Assembly (NCBI GenBank): GCA_038087875.1
Contig: CM075989.1
Coordinates: 19,284,001-19,348,000 of the forward strand
Origin: Malacoraja senta
Lineage: Eukaryota
Length of the DNA stretch: 64,000 nt
Direction: 5' to 3'
The position numbers and the translations under genes were made by a program. Position 1 is the stretch's first letter; each line of letters begins with the position of its first letter. The notes below the pieces were generated by a model. The model made no database searches and was not told the origin of the DNA. It worked only from the letters and a program-made list of their open reading frames with translations. Shown here piece after piece: positions 63,418 to 64,000 of the stretch.

Positions 63418-64000
63418 GCAAAGGCTACTGGGGAGACTTTAAACTAGAATGGTTGGGGGGAGGGACTCAAATAGAGAATGCTATTAGACAGTGTGTGAGG
63501 CAGGAGGCAGAGAAGGAAAGCACTCAGACCCAACATGTAGGGGGGAAAGAAGAAAACAATAATAAACAGATAATAAGAGGTGGTGGGGTTCTTAAATGGG
63601 TGATCAGAGAAACAGAGGGGTGTAAAATGCGGGCGGAAGCAATAGGTAGCAAGGTAAAAAGTAAAAGTGGCAGGCAGACAAATCCAGGGCAAAAATCAAA
63701 AAGAGCCACTTTTCAACATAATTGTATAAGGGGTAAGAGCGTTGTAAAAACAAGCCTGAAGGCTTTGTGTCTCAATGCAAGGAGCATTCGTAATAAGGTG
63801 GATGAGTTGAACGTGCAGATAGCAATTAATGATTATGATATAGTTGGGATCACGGAGACATGGCTCCAGGGTGACCAAGGCTGGGAGCTGAACATCCAGG
63901 GATATTCAATATTCAGGAGGGATAGAGAGAAAGGAAAAGGAGGTGGGGTAGCGTTGCTGGTTAGAGAGGAGATTAACGCAGTGGAAAGGAAGGACATTAG
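63418..64000 (+). mobile_element. CR1-clade LINE: end of ORF1 and start of ORF2 (APE endonuclease), running off the window
   Basis: AKATGETLN* followed by an open frame 63438-64000 containing LKALCLNARSIRNKVDEL...DIVGITETWL...GYSIFRRDR...GGGVALLVRE. Confidence 0.9.

Overview
This is vertebrate genomic DNA, most likely from a cartilaginous fish such as a skate or ray (inferred from HE1-type V-SINEs and the CR1/Penelope repeat content). Left contig (1-26148, + strand): the last seven coding exons of myosin VA (globular tail/DIL domain, stop at 15034), a probable 3' UTR of about 2.2 kb, and the 27-nt first coding exon of myosin VC (MAVAELYTK|gt, 21726-21752). A 200-N scaffold gap (26149-26348) follows. 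Right contig (- strand): eleven coding exons of ATOSA/FAM214A, from DTIDEYFEY to the stop at 26642; the start-codon exon was not found. All splice phases were checked by hand and join in frame. MYO5C breaks off after exon 1 and ATOSA converges on it across the gap, which conflicts with the co-oriented human order and suggests a mis-oriented contig or a real inversion. The most notable non-genic signal is a very abundant Penelope-like repeat carrying a minimal hammerhead ribozyme motif (CTGAAGA-A-GGGTCnnGACCC-GAAACGTC). It also occurs as short fold-back insertions with 9-16 bp target-site duplications. Other points: a CR1 ORF1/ORF2 junction with a T-TTA-AAC slippery heptamer, a SINE-born minisatellite inside a tandem duplication, a Harbinger-like MITE abutting a young L2, and an L1-like poly(A) insertion next to the giant ATOSA exon. 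Repeat boundaries are approximate, and no database searches were run.
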